A stretch of 64,000 nt of DNA from contig CM119263.1 of NCBI GenBank assembly GCA_051294375.1, forward strand, positions 23,648,762-23,712,761, written 5' to 3'. Every line of letters begins with the position of its first letter. Position 1 is the stretch's first letter. A program made the translations under genes and the position numbers. Positions 1 to 12,776 of this stretch are shown piece by piece. The notes below the pieces were generated by a model. The model did no database searches, was not told the DNA's origin, and saw nothing but the letters and a program-made list of their open reading frames with translations. Origin of the DNA: Paraspadella gotoi. Its lineage: Eukaryota > Animalia > Chaetognatha.

Positions 1-371
1 GTCAAACTGTCAACGGCCGTCAACAGAATAACTTGTTGACGTAACTGAAACTAAGCTTTTGGAGAACGAACGAAGCTATCAATATATTGCAATAACCCCG
101 ATCAAAATAATTATTTTTATGAATAGGGCGAATTTAAAGTATCGAGAGTCATCCGGCTTTACTCGGAGCGGAGGCGTTACCGGGTACAATAATCGATTGA
201 TTACAGCGAACCTATCGGCGAGAGCGATAGAGAGCCAGAGATAGAGGGACGCGCGTCACGTGACCACATCGCTTCTACGATGATGAATGACGCTTCGATC
301 GGCGACGCGTGACGAGTTTTAATGAGGAACCGAATCCTCGATACAATGACTTATCTATTATACCGAGGATT

Positions 372-1172
372 NNNNNNNNNNNNNNNNNNNNNNNNNNNNN
401 NNNNNNNNNNNNNNNNNNNNNNNNNNNNNNNNNNNNNNNNNNNNNNNNNNNNNNNNNNNNNNNNNNNNNNNNNNNNNNNNNNNNNNNNNNNNNNNNNNNN
501 NNNNNNNNNNNNNNNNNNNNNNNNNNNNNNNNNNNNNNNNNNNNNNNNNNNNNNNNNNNNNNNNNNNNNNNNNNNNNNNNNNNNNNNNNNNNNNNNNNNN
601 NNNNNNNNNNNNNNNNNNNNNNNNNNNNNNNNNNNNNNNNNNNNNNNNNNNNNNNNNNNNNNNNNNNNNNNNNNNNNNNNNNNNNNNNNNNNNNNNNNNN
701 NNNNNNNNNNNNNNNNNNNNNNNNNNNNNNNNNNNNNNNNNNNNNNNNNNNNNNNNNNNNNNNNNNNNNNNNNNNNNNNNNNNNNNNNNNNNNNNNNNNN
801 NNNNNNNNNNNNNNNNNNNNNNNNNNNNNNNNNNNNNNNNNNNNNNNNNNNNNNNNNNNNNNNNNNNNNNNNNNNNNNNNNNNNNNNNNNNNNNNNNNNN
901 NNNNNNNNNNNNNNNNNNNNNNNNNNNNNNNNNNNNNNNNNNNNNNNNNNNNNNNNNNNNNNNNNNNNNNNNNNNNNNNNNNNNNNNNNNNNNNNNNNNN
1001 NNNNNNNNNNNNNNNNNNNNNNNNNNNNNNNNNNNNNNNNNNNNNNNNNNNNNNNNNNNNNNNNNNNNNNNNNNNNNNNNNNNNNNNNNNNNNNNNNNNN
1101 NNNNNNNNNNNNNNNNNNNNNNNNNNNNNNNNNNNNNNNNNNNNNNNNNNNNNNNNNNNNNNNNNNNNNNNN
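372..1172. other. Assembly gap (N run)
   Basis: Run of ~800 N; ORFs crossing it are artefacts. Confidence 0.99.
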
Positions 1173-1677
1173 ATGGCATCTACTTGGTCTATGTGCACCG
1201 AAATGTTGCAGCAGACGCAGGAGGGGAGGCGCGACGCGGCGACGCGGCGGCGGGAAAAGCAGCTGCCGCCGCGGCTGCTGCGACGAACGCGGAGGTGATC
1301 GATTGGGTATTGGTTATGTATGGATGGAGGAAGAAGCTTCGTTCGGGGATCGAAGCTGCGCGGAATGAGATGGGCCGGCGACGCTCGGATGAGTGGACGA
1401 GGATGCGAGCGGCCACGGAAATAGGCACGCCCCGAACAGTTTCGTCGAAACTCTCCACGACCACGAAGTCTTCTGGCGTCGAAACGCGTTGAACAAAAGT
1501 TTTCTAGCAAAAAAAAAATTAAAAAAAGCCGCACGTTTGTCCTGCGAGCGAAAGTCTTGATCGCCATTCGCCTCTTCCTCTTCCTCCTCCCTCTTCCTCT
1601 TCCCATTTCTCCTCGGTCGGTTTTCGAGGAAGAAAAAAGGCGTTCCTCCTCCTCATGAGGAAAACCCGAAGCCAGGA

Positions 1678-1793
<116 letters not shown>

Positions 1794-2053
1794 TTCCTGC
1801 TCCTCGAAATCTCTTTCTCTCCGTATCGACGCCATATTGATTTTTTCAGATATTCCATCGATTCCATTTTTTTTCGGGGAGAGTCGACCGGATAGAGAGA
1901 TAGTATCGAAGCAGTTTCTCGCGCGCTCCGAAATCGACAGTACTGAAAAAAAAAAAGCCTTGTTCTCTCATTAACATGTCGCCGATACGCGACGTTTTCG
2001 CGACTTCCGAAAAGATATTCCTTTGTATTTAGGAAAGATGCGTCATGATGGGA

Positions 2054-2127
<74 letters not shown>

Positions 2128-3096
2128 AATTTTGGTGTCTAGCGCTAAGACCGATGCATTGATCGCCACTCCGGACGTATCGCTTCCTATCTTCCATTAG
2201 CGATTATTAGTCACGTGGACTTCGGCGTGTTGCGTCTCCTCCAATCGGAAAACCAGGACAAAGGGCGCACGACGGGGAGGGGAGGGGGGGGGGGTAAGCC
2301 AATCCCAGGCTAGAATAGAAGACGCGCGCGCGTTCCACGGTCGATTCGGCTTGAGGCGCACGTTCTGGACGTGCGACTGCGTGCGATAGTTCCGAGACGC
2401 ACGAGAGGAAATCTTATGCGACCAATAAAAAAAAAATAATGAAGAGGACGGGGCTTCGTTTTTTAGTTGCTTAACTCAGAGACATTCGTGGAAGAGAGAG
2501 AGAAACCGAAACGAGAGAGAGTATTGGAGATTGACGAGCAATTGTCATTGTGAAACATTACGCGTTATTGTGATTTTGATCGTTTGTTCTAAAAAAAATC
2601 AATTTTAGAATCATTAGTCTATTTAACTCTTTTTCTCATGAAAAATAATTTCCAGGCTATTGGTAAAAACTGCCTAAACTTATTGAAAATAACTATTTTT
2701 AAAAAATCAAGTTAATAATTTTTTTGAAAACTGGAAATTAAATTTTATTTTAAATTTAAATTTTTAAATTTTAAATTTCATTTTCAACGTAAATTTCCTC
2801 ACCCTTTTTGCATCCATTTCTCTCATGCGCATAAATAACATGTGAATTTGTAAATCCTTATTGTCGTGTTATTTCCTTCCACTAATTACAGAAACTCTGA
2901 TGAGGATTTCGTTTCATATTCTGTATCTCAGAAACCTTTTGTTCTAACAAACTAAGAATAGTCTGTCACCAACTTTATAGAGGTCGCTCGTGAGAGACGT
3001 AAAATTTGAAAAAAAAGATCAGTGATTGCGTCGCCCTAACAAAGAAATCATTTCCACATAATTATTGCGCAATAAAGGAGTAACTCCCGCGGCCTC

Positions 3097-3103
3097 TATA
3101 AAA
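3097..3103 (+). promoter_or_regulatory. TATA box
   Basis: cTATAAAAg flanked by GC-rich sequence, ~30 nt upstream of an Inr-like CATTC and ~130 nt upstream of the ATG at 3227. Confidence 0.55.
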
Positions 3104-3226
3104 GCGCCGGCCTGCTCGGGCGAATCCATTCATCGGCCTCAACTGGAGAATCTTTATTGCTTCCTGATTTAGCAATTTTTCCCCAATTTGTTTTTTTTTT
3201 TAAATTTTCACCCGTTACCTTTTACC

Positions 3227-4126
3227 ATGTTTACGAATTTTTACAGATGCAGTCCTCGTCGCCACGGCCTGTCTCGCGACGTCAAGCGAGCTTTTGTCGG
3301 GGACGTGACTTCGTCTCCCGATCGTCCCCGCGACGCCGCCTTCTGCAAAAAGCGGCGCCACGACACCGAATTTGGGGAAAAGTGGCTTCGTCGCCGCCGA
3401 GTGGAAATCGGCGCTAATCCCAGAAATGGATCCGAGAAGAAAAGGATGTCTCGCTTCCGGTTCCGCTTTCACGATCGTCGCCAAGAAGGAATCTCACGTG
3501 AACTATTGTGGAATGACTCTGCCCACAACGCGCCAATGCAAGAGAGACCGAATGAGCGTTATCCCATCTACGACTCTGCTTTTTACCGCCGAAGACCTCC
3601 GTTGTCTCGTCATCAACAACGCCTGGTCGCGTCGTCGAAACCCTGGGCCATAGCGTCGCCTCCATCGTCTCGAAGAAAACTCAGTCGTACGTCAAGTTAC
3701 GTCGCTTTCCCGTCCCCAAAAAGGGACCACGGACTTTCCCGCGATTTCCGACTCGCAGTTCCTTTCTCCGAATCAATAAAGAAACGCTTATACCAGAACT
3801 GTCGCCCTCCAGTCAAGTCCAGAGTTGACACTTCTCTGAAACCCCCCTCCAACGCTTATTTGACGACCTCCTTTCTCATCCAAGATTTCTACGAGAGGCA
3901 AAATCTGTCGTCCCCGAAGCGGCGTTCCGGCGTGGAGTTCCGACAAGAAAATGATAACCCCGATGTTGACGGCTCCGTCGAGTGTCGAACTCAAGACTAT
4001 CTGGACTTCGCGGTTCGAGATTTCGACGAAGCGTTTGGCGACTTCGAGGCAGACGACAACATCCTTCAAGTCCCTGAAGACTCCGCCGCGTTTCCTGTCG
4101 TTCTTCAAATCCGTCGCGAAGAATGA
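3227..4126 (+). CDS. Intronless 299-aa Arg/Ser-rich protein with acidic C-terminus; possibly a divergent HEXIM-like protein
   Basis: GC-rich open frame starting accATG (MFTNFYRCSPRR...) behind a TATA box. Basic N-terminal part, then PPSNAYLTTSFLI (resembles HEXIM APYNTTQFLM), then acidic YLDFAVRDFDEAF (resembles HEXIM EFLQRDFSETY). Coding status is likely; the family call is tentative. Confidence 0.55.
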   Translation: MFTNFYRCSPRRHGLSRDVKRAFVGDVTSSPDRPRDAAFCKKRRHDTEFGEKWLRRRRVEIGANPRNGSEKKRMSRFRFRFHDRRQEGISRELLWNDSAHNAPMQERPNERYPIYDSAFYRRRPPLSRHQQRLVASSKPWAIASPPSSRRKLSRTSSYVAFPSPKRDHGLSRDFRLAVPFSESIKKRLYQNCRPPVKSRVDTSLKPPSNAYLTTSFLIQDFYERQNLSSPKRRSGVEFRQENDNPDVDGSVECRTQDYLDFAVRDFDEAFGDFEADDNILQVPEDSAAFPVVLQIRREE

Positions 4127-4612
4127 AGATTTTATGTGAAAACAAACAGAAAAACTACAACAAATGAACCCTTGTAACTAATGATATATGGAATTTGGTT
4201 TAGTTTTTGTCTTTTCTGAGTGTATACATTTTGACGAACTGTACATTGTACAGTGTACAGTGTACATGAATTGATATCATTTAGCGACACTAATTGTCAA
4301 ATATGAATTGTTTATTTTCCTTTTATGATTTCAACTTCATTACTGTTACAAAAAAAATTTCGAAATTCGTTCAGTTTACTTTTTTATCAACATTTAGCCA
4401 GAAATTTGAGTATATAAATACTGAATAGCTATTTCGACGCATTGCGAATGGAATGATAAAATTTGCTCTTACATCCCCGACGAATCGTTTAGCTAATTTT
4501 CGACGATATATTTTTTCCCTTGTGTTGTCATATATATTGCGTTTTCGCAATTCGGAATCTCATAGCAAAGCAGCCTCCTTCCGATTCCTAAAGATGAGAG
4601 GTTGCCGCAGCC

Positions 4613-4788
4613 ATGGGTTGCGGCGACTGTAGCATCTGCGACGTCTTGCCTCTTCTGTTGAATTACCTGCCTTATCTGTTCATCTACTGGATGATGTGTC
4701 GCGCCTTGGTCGGCTTGGTTCTCTGCCGAAACTTTTCAAACTGCGAAATGGTTAAAACGGCTTTCGCTGCCGTCACAGCCTCGCTCGG
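4613..4788 (+). CDS. BLTP2: Putative alternative first coding exon (1A) of BLTP2, encoding an N-terminal TM anchor
   Basis: MGCGDCSICDVLPLLLNYLPYLFIYWMMCRALVGLVLCRNFSNCEMVKTAFAAVTASL, ending GG|gtaggg (phase 2), in frame with exon 2 at 5653. Aligns with exon 1B through the motif PYLxxYWxxCR. Confidence 0.6.
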
Positions 4789-4903
4789 GTAGGGAGTTAA
4801 ATATTTTGCACGACACGTTAGAAAATTTTTATTTAATTTAATATTTAATAAGACTCGCGATAGTCAGGAAACTGCTACGTATAAGTTAGTAGGCACTAGG
4901 CAA

Positions 4904-4985
4904 GCAGTTATGGCGGAGCGGTTAAGGCGACTGACTAGACATCGGTAACGGTCTCTGCGATCAGGTTTGATTCCTGTCAATTGCG
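4904..4985 (+). pseudogene. Degenerate tRNA-Ser(AGA) or tRNA-derived element
   Basis: GCAGTTATGGCGGAGCGGTTAAGGCG-ACTGA-CTAGACA-TCGGT, long variable arm, then CAGGTTTGATTCCTG-TCAATTGCG. Cloverleaf with AGA anticodon, but T-loop is TTTGATT instead of TTCGAAT and the acceptor stem has a mismatch. Confidence 0.65.
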
Positions 4986-5284
4986 CAGTCTTTTGTCAGC
5001 TTATCGATGGACCTGAGATGAAAATAAATTAAACATATCGCTGTAATTCTGTTTATCGGGTCCCTTCCTAACGAAAATTAAGAAACGTTTAAAATCGTTG
5101 CATAAAATATTCAAATTACCATGCCAATTTTTGTGAATTTTTTTTTAAATTCTAAAACCCCCAAACCCATCAGAGACGAAGACGAAAATTGCGATGAACA
5201 AACGACGAATAAGAATCAAACTTTTTCCGCGCAACGAGTCCGCATTGCGGGCGGCGATTTCTGAACCTCCCCGCCTCCCCAGAT

Positions 5285-8200
5285 ATGGCGGACTCGGGGA
5301 CGGAGGCGGCGCGGATAGTGGTACGAACGCTGCTGATGGTGGGGCCTTACCTCCTCGCCTACTGGGCCTTTTGCAGGCTCATCCTCTTTCTCGTCAATAG
5401 ATTCGGCCTCAAAAATAAATTGTCGTCGTTGACGTTCGAAGGCGTCACCAGGTAGAATCTTGAGGGGTGGACACTGGACAGGGCTCTAGCGTTCCTCAGT
5501 TTTTTCCTATCAAGAATCATTTAGTCACATTTCTCTATGGAAAACTCAAAACTGCTGCTGAGTCTTACTACAAAAATGAAAGTTAAAATACATTTTAGGT
5601 ACTTGTACAATTTATAATGTACATTTATTTATTGCCGCCCTCCTAACCCCAGCTTCACTTACGAAACGGACAAGTTCCAATCTTCCGTCGCCAGCTTCTC
5701 CCTCTTCAGACGCGGCCCTCAGCTGTTCCGGCTGCACGCGTCGGGCGTCGCGGTTATCGTGCCAATCCGTCGTCGGTCGGACTCCCCCGTTGACGCCTCC
5801 CAGGGCATCTCCGGTGAACTCTCCTCCAATTACTCCCCGACGATAGGATTGCACAGGGACTTGAACGTCAATCAGATTTCTCCTGTCGAAATCAACAACT
5901 TGCTCGACCCCAACTTGGCAGCGGCCACCGCCGCATCCGCTTCTGAAAGCGACAAGAAGACCCGCAATCCTTTGGTGGAAAAGCTCAAGTCTTTGGGTCT
6001 GGCCAAGTGGTTGGTTGCTCTCTTAGAGTTGGCCGTGCAACAAATAGACATCGACGACGTGAGTCTTACGCTCATCCCAGAGGAGTTCCCGGACATCGTC
6101 GTTGACGTGAGGATCGATCATCTGAAGGTGGCGCCTGGAAAAGACGGCCTCGGCGTCCTCGTCCAAGGCTGCGACGCGTCAGTGCTAAGATGTATTGAGA
6201 TGAGCAGAATGTCGTAAAAATGTTTACGAGTTTTTAAATTTCAATATATTTTGAAAATTTTTTTTTTTCATTTACCATTACAATTTTTTTTTCTCTGTCT
6301 AGTAAGTAGTATTTTTCTGTTGTAAGGAAATAACATGCTATATATGCTAATATGCTAAATAAATATTAACTATTCTTTCGGATGCCATTCAATATCCCCC
6401 TCTTCCCCCTATCCTCCCAAGCCCCCGACCCGGAAGCCGTCCGCGAAGCCGTCCAGCTCCGCCGCGCCTCCTCCGACGCTGCCATCAGCGTCGTCACCCG
6501 TCAATCCTCGATCCTCCGCAGCGTGCGGTGTTTGGCGGAGGTGAGTCTCGACGCAGGGTTCGTCCGCCTTGACACGTGGCACCCCGGCGCCGACTTCGAC
6601 GAGTTCGTCCACTCGGTCCGCGTGGGTCTCCAACGACCCGAAGTCACCGTCACGGAGAATCTAGTGGCGAGGGCGTTAGAGACGAAGCTGGATCGGATGC
6701 GGCGGGCGGAGATGCCGAGGACCATGTCGGGGGTTTGGAATAAACCTCCGGCGCATCAGGAGGAGGGGCAAGGGGAAGAGAAAAAGGAGGAGGAAGAGGC
6801 GATGGGTGAAGGAACGAGTCCCCGTCGGCGGTTGTCGTACATCGAAAAGGTTTGCCGAAATTCTGTATCAGTTTTCATTGATCCCGTTTCTCGAAAAAGG
6901 TTTCTTTAACTATTAAGTTATGGTTAAGTTTAAGGCATCAATCTTCGGTCTATGTATGGTCGCGAGAGAAGCCAACTCTCTCCTGATTTATTTTTGAAAT
7001 CGTGCCTTTGTCTTCATTGTCTTTTTTTAGGTGTCAATAAAAAAAAATTATTCTTCTACAATCTAGGCACAATTCGATCTTGACCGTATTTTCTGTTTAA
7101 TTAGGCGCTCGATTACGCGTCTGGGGTCAAATCGGAGATGCGTCTACCGTCGTCATCGGCGTCTGAGTCCGAAAATATTGAGAAAGAAGACTTTGAAGAA
7201 GACATGAAGGAACATCGCGCCAAAACCATGCACTCACTCTCGACTCTAATTCCGTTCAAGGTCTGGGGATGGTGTTACAATTGTTTTTTATTCATTAAAT
7301 TATGTGTTAAATAAAAAATTAATTTTAATTTTGCTTTTTATGGAAATTTTTCAAAATCGTCAAAATCCCCTGAAAGTATGGTGTAAATTCGTTGTGAAAA
7401 CACTTCCGTGCTCAAAAAGCAAAACCAGTGACTGCGCCAATACATGTAAATCACTTTTAAGGGCTTAAACTGAACTGTTACTGCGCCATTAATAGCATTT
7501 GGTACTTGCAAAAATATCTTATAAATCAAAACAATATTATTTTTGTATTGATATATGATATAAGATTAAAATGCTTTAATCAAAACAGAATAAGAAGTAG
7601 AATAAAATAATATAAAATAAGAAAAAAATATTTGTTAAAAAAAAAAAAAAAAAATTTTTAAAAGATTTAAGATAATTAAAATTTAAAAAAACAATTGCTA
7701 TTTTGTTGAAGAGCAGGTCAAGATGAAGTGGGGGCAGATAAAGTTTATTTTTAATGTTCCTTTATCTTACAAAAAGGTTCCTTCTTTATAGAGCCATATA
7801 GTAGAATAGGCTGAAAACATAAAAAAAATTTAATGAGACTGTTCTTTCATTTAAAAAAAAATGTTAAAATCTTTGGTGGATATAATTAAACTAAAATTGA
7901 TTGCTATTTTATTTTTCAAAATGCTCTTTTGTTTGTAGAGCCATCTGGTTTATTAAGAATAAAATAGGAAAAATTTTGCTATTTTGTTAAAGAGCAGGTG
8001 AAGATCTACTGGGTAAAAACAGAAGAGCAAATTTCTATAGAAAGTAAATGGAAAATGCTCATAGTAGAAAAAGTAAGAGACAAATCCTCCTAGTAGGAAG
8101 AAAAAGTTATATAGATGAGAAAAAAAAGAAAAATTAAAAAATTGAAAAAATGAATTGCACAATTTCAGGAGATATGAAGTTTTGAAGCTTATTATATTTG

Positions 8201-11200
8201 CAAATTGTAATTAACAATAATAAAAAAGCATTTTCTGCGAATCCTCGTTTTTTCAGGTCGACTTGAGCATCGAGGACGTCCGACTTCGCTTTTGGCAACA
8301 ACTCGACGTTGAACTCAGCTTCAAACTTCGCTCCTTTCACTTCAGCCTGCGCAAATGGCCCGACCTTTTGGGCCAGAATCTCTTCGAGACACTGAAGGCG
8401 AATTTGGGCATCACCGACGTCGCCTTCTTCTCGCGAAAGTGGAACGTGTTTCAGCTGCGGCGCCTTTCCTTTTTGGGACAGTTGGCGGGAAAAAAGGACT
8501 TTGACAAGTGGGTAGAAAGCTGAGTACAGTCATGTGCAAAAAATTTGCGCATCTTTATTTCATATTTTAAAAATCACTATATATATGAATTTTTAAAAAT
8601 TTTTAAAAGTTATTTAGAGTTTATTGAAAGATAATAAGTTTGGCATAAATTTTAGTAAAATTTGGCCATCCATTTAGGAGCAAAGCTGAATATAAAAAAA
8701 TCTGATAGATTTATGGCTAATCTTTTTTTCTTTAATATTTTGTAAAACTTGAAGTAGATTAAAAGTAAAAAAAAACAAGTTTGAGCAAACAATGTCAGAT
8801 ATGCCTACGATAATTTAGCAGTAATCAGCTAAACAGATAACAATCATGATTATTTTTTATGATCTCTAAGTCAATTAATAAGTTAAAGAACCTGTGGCTT
8901 CGGCAATAAATATAAATCGTTTTTAATGGATTAGACTGAACTGTTACTGCAGCACATTTAATATTTTATAATATTTTATTATTAGGAATAACATTTTTGT
9001 GTTTTAACGAATTTTTAATCATAGTTCTGATTAAAAATTCGTTAAAACACAAAAACTGTTATTCCTAAAAATTTTTAAATTAACGAAAAGAAAGAAAATA
9101 ATTACAATATTTTATTAATAAATATTATAATTTAATATTTTGTTCATTATCTTTACTTACATAATATTTTTAAGTTGCCTAATTTTTTTAACTTGTATAA
9201 TTTTTTGAATTTGCATTATTTTTTTAAAATTAGCATAATTTTTTCAGCTTGCATAATTTTTTCTACTTGCATTATTTTTTTAACTTGCATGATTTTTTCA
9301 AATTACTTAATTTATTCAACTTGTATAATTTTTTTTTACTTGCATACTTTTTTCAACTTACTAAATTTTCTAAACTTGTATAATTTTTTTAACTTACTTA
9401 ATTTTTTCAAATTGCTTAATTTTTTAAACTTGCATAATTTTTTCAACTTGCATATTTTTTTAAACTTATATAATTTTTTCACCTAATGATTTATTAATGC
9501 ATTAATAACAATTTTAAGCGATAATAGTAGAAATTATAATAATCGCTGATTGACATTATGATAATCGATCATTAATCAAAAACTAGTAAATGTGAATGTA
9601 AAGTAAATGTTAAGTAAATATGACTTTTGTTCTTTCCATTTAAACTCATTTACACTCACACGATTCAATCTAAACTTTATGTCCAGCTCAATCACACATT
9701 TTCCTACCCACACACAAAATTTCATTCCAATCCATCCATTCAATCACGAGTAAAGAAAAGGTGGGATGGACCTTCAGACAGATAGACGGAAGGACAGATA
9801 TTTTTTTCGGACAATTTATCATAATTCGATGTTCTGACATGATTTAAGTGAGTGTCCGACAAAATTTAAGGAGGGGACCCACGGACCAACAAAGTGGATT
9901 ATAGAGTCAGAATCTGCTGATAAGCAGATCCAACTAAAAATTATACTGGATATCCAGAAGGATAGCTAGATAACTGGATTGCCCCAGATCCCTCAATAAT
10001 AATCTTATGGTTATTGAAATATATGATGAAAGACAGGTCCATGATTCTAAATCTTTTACACAGATTTCAAATGAGAGTTAAATGAAATGATCAAATACTG
10101 TGGCTAAATTATCTGATATATCGACTTCAGATTTTGCACGTTGCTATTTTTATATTTTCCAATTCCCAGTAGTCCAGCTTGCTTACTTTTTTAGTTATGT
10201 GCTCATCATATGGACGAATTTCAAAAATGTTTTTTTTTAATTTAAATAGGACCTTCCTGTTATAAGATATATTTATATAAAAAAAATAATATGTTTTAAA
10301 ATTTTTGTTCATCTTACAGATATAATCATTGGAGTATGTGTCTGAGCAATCTGAATGTCAAAAACATTTTTACAACCACAATGACAGCCTTTTTTATTTT
10401 ATATTTTTTTTTAGTTAAAGATAAAAGTTGATAAAAGTCGATTTTCCCGTTTGGTTTTGGAATACTCAAGTTTAAAAAATCATATCTCCTAAACCACTTG
10501 ACTGATTGTAATAAAATTTAGATATATTGATTCCTTTTTTTCAAAAATTATTTTTTAATATAATTTTTAAAAATGTCTTGATAGAGCGTCTGGAATTTAA
10601 AGTTATAAAGTAGCGCGTTTTTTTTTTTTGCAGAGGAGTGTAAATAGGATAAATAGAAAGGATAAATCATTCTATGCCTCTCACATTTTTTTCCTCTTTT
10701 TCTCGCTCTTTCTCTCTCTCTCTCTCTCTCTTTCATAGCTGCCACACACGTATCGGACCGTTTTCTGGCGTATTTTCTCTGGGAGAATTGCACTTTTGGA
10801 CGACTCACTTCAGCAACCGTTTCGGCGCCATTGTCGCGCAGATGTCGGAGGTTTCGAAAATGAGAAAGAAAACCGCGCAAAACTTGAAAGGTTTTTAGGA
10901 CGTTCTTCTATTTCTTTCTTTAATTCTAATACTATTTCAGCGCAAACTTATTAAATAATCCATGAAAAATATATTTCCTTTCAGTTTCGGTCCCCTTAAA
11001 GTCTAAGAAGTCAAAGATGAACAAGTATGGCCAACAACAACACTGACAATAACAAGAACGAATCTGAAATATATTAACACAAACAACCAAAGCATGAGAA
11101 ACATTAAAAAACCAAATATTTTTCTATTCAAACAATCGCTAAATCTAGTAAAGTTTGACAAGCAACATATTCTTTGCAGGATGATGCAACTTCAACGCCA

Positions 11201-12692
11201 ATCCGTCGACCAAACTTCTTTCAAAATGGGGGGCCCTGAAAGCGCGAACAGCAACGAAAATGCCGAAAGGTAATTACCGTAACATTTGTAAGTAAATGAG
11301 ACCTCAATGCTTAAGAAAACAAAGTTTACCACCATAACAGGGGCGACAATAAAAGCGCTAAGGCCTTCGACGCCGTAAAAGCTTTTTGGAACAAGCATAT
11401 TTATAATGCTAACTCTAATGGAAATCGTGAAAACTTAAATAACAACGCTAGGAATTATAACAAAAACCGAAGTTCAAAAAAGAAAGGGAAACAAGACCCC
11501 GAGCCCCCGAAGGATTCCAATAATCCCACCCAAAAATTTCGAGTCTCCAATAACTCGGATGACGCTGCGAAAGAAGTTCTCAATCTCACTAAAACCTCGA
11601 TGGATGCTACCCACCACCTGATAGAAACTTCGCGCAGCTACACTGACTTAATTAGAACTACACGTCACGCCAAGACTACAAAGAACTTTCACAAATCCGT
11701 TCCTTCCAGTACCAAAACTACAATGCGTGACCAAAACGCTACCAACCTTCAACAAGACATCAGGCTCAGCTCTCTCCCATCAAAAGACTTCGAAGAGTTT
11801 TCTAACCTGAGCAAAAGCGTTAATCAGTCCACCAAGATAGTTTTCCAACGTAACATGGACGGCAACATCAATGCACGCGATTTTTATCAACCCGTAGATA
11901 AAAATTTTGACATCAACACCGTCCCTTTAGCCAATCCTGAACAACCCGTCGATGAAACGGCGAATATCAACAGCTTCGTCGACGAATCGAAGTCTTTTTA
12001 CGCACAAGCCGACTCCTTGGACAACTCTGACCAAGGGGAAAGCACTTCTCGTGACGTCAAGTACCACGTCAACTTCGACTCTACGGCTAAATCCAAAGGG
12101 CGGGTGATGTTCGCCGACGAGACTTCCGAGCCTTCCGAACCACTGCACGTGCAACATCCCTCCGAGAGCGAGTTCGCCCACCCGGTGCCGCAGACGGCGC
12201 AATCCAAGAGCGAGCAGCTGCCGACGCAACAGAAGGCGCAGCTGCAGGAATTGGACGAGTTTTACGCGAGCATAGATCTTAATAATAGAAGAAAGAGGCG
12301 CGAAGAAGGTGGGTGTGCCAAAGGGGTCTTCTCGTCAGGTCGACTGTGGGTGTCGCGTCAGTTCGACTCGATCTAATTTAAAATGTTTTGAGTCCGTGTC
12401 TTGATAATTACTTTTCAAAAAACTTTAACTTTTCTGGACAAATCAAAAAGATATAAACAAGTATTTTTATTGAAGTAATATGTATAATTGATATCAATCA
12501 ATAGATTAGAGAAATGATAAATAGGGATAAGTTTAAGTTTCTTAAAAATTTTTTCCTAATGACATCGATTTTTTTTCTCATAACATCGATTTCAATTCTA
12601 GGAGAATGAAAAATCGTTTTCATGAGGTCGCTAGTCGATCTGGCGATATGTACCAGTGCCAAAAGAGTAATAATGTTGATAGATGCAGACTC

Positions 12693-12776
<84 letters not shown>

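Larger units (their letters stand above)
8527..10640. mobile_element. Possible Tc1/mariner-type non-autonomous element filling a BLTP2 intron
   Basis: Left end TA|CAGTCATGTGCAAAAAA; right end reverse-complements to TA|CACTCCTCTGCAAAAAA. Imperfect TIRs with TA flanks and no transposase ORF. Contains a hairpin, a minisatellite and a nested HINE-like copy. Confidence 0.4.

Noticed and set aside
2890-2937. CTGATGA...GAAA hammerhead-like core
   Set aside because: Stem II does not close correctly before GAAA, and I found no stems I/III or cleavage triplet.
9160-9485. CRISPR-like repeat array
   Set aside because: Degenerate head-to-tail minisatellite with no unique spacers, in eukaryotic intron DNA, with no cas genes.
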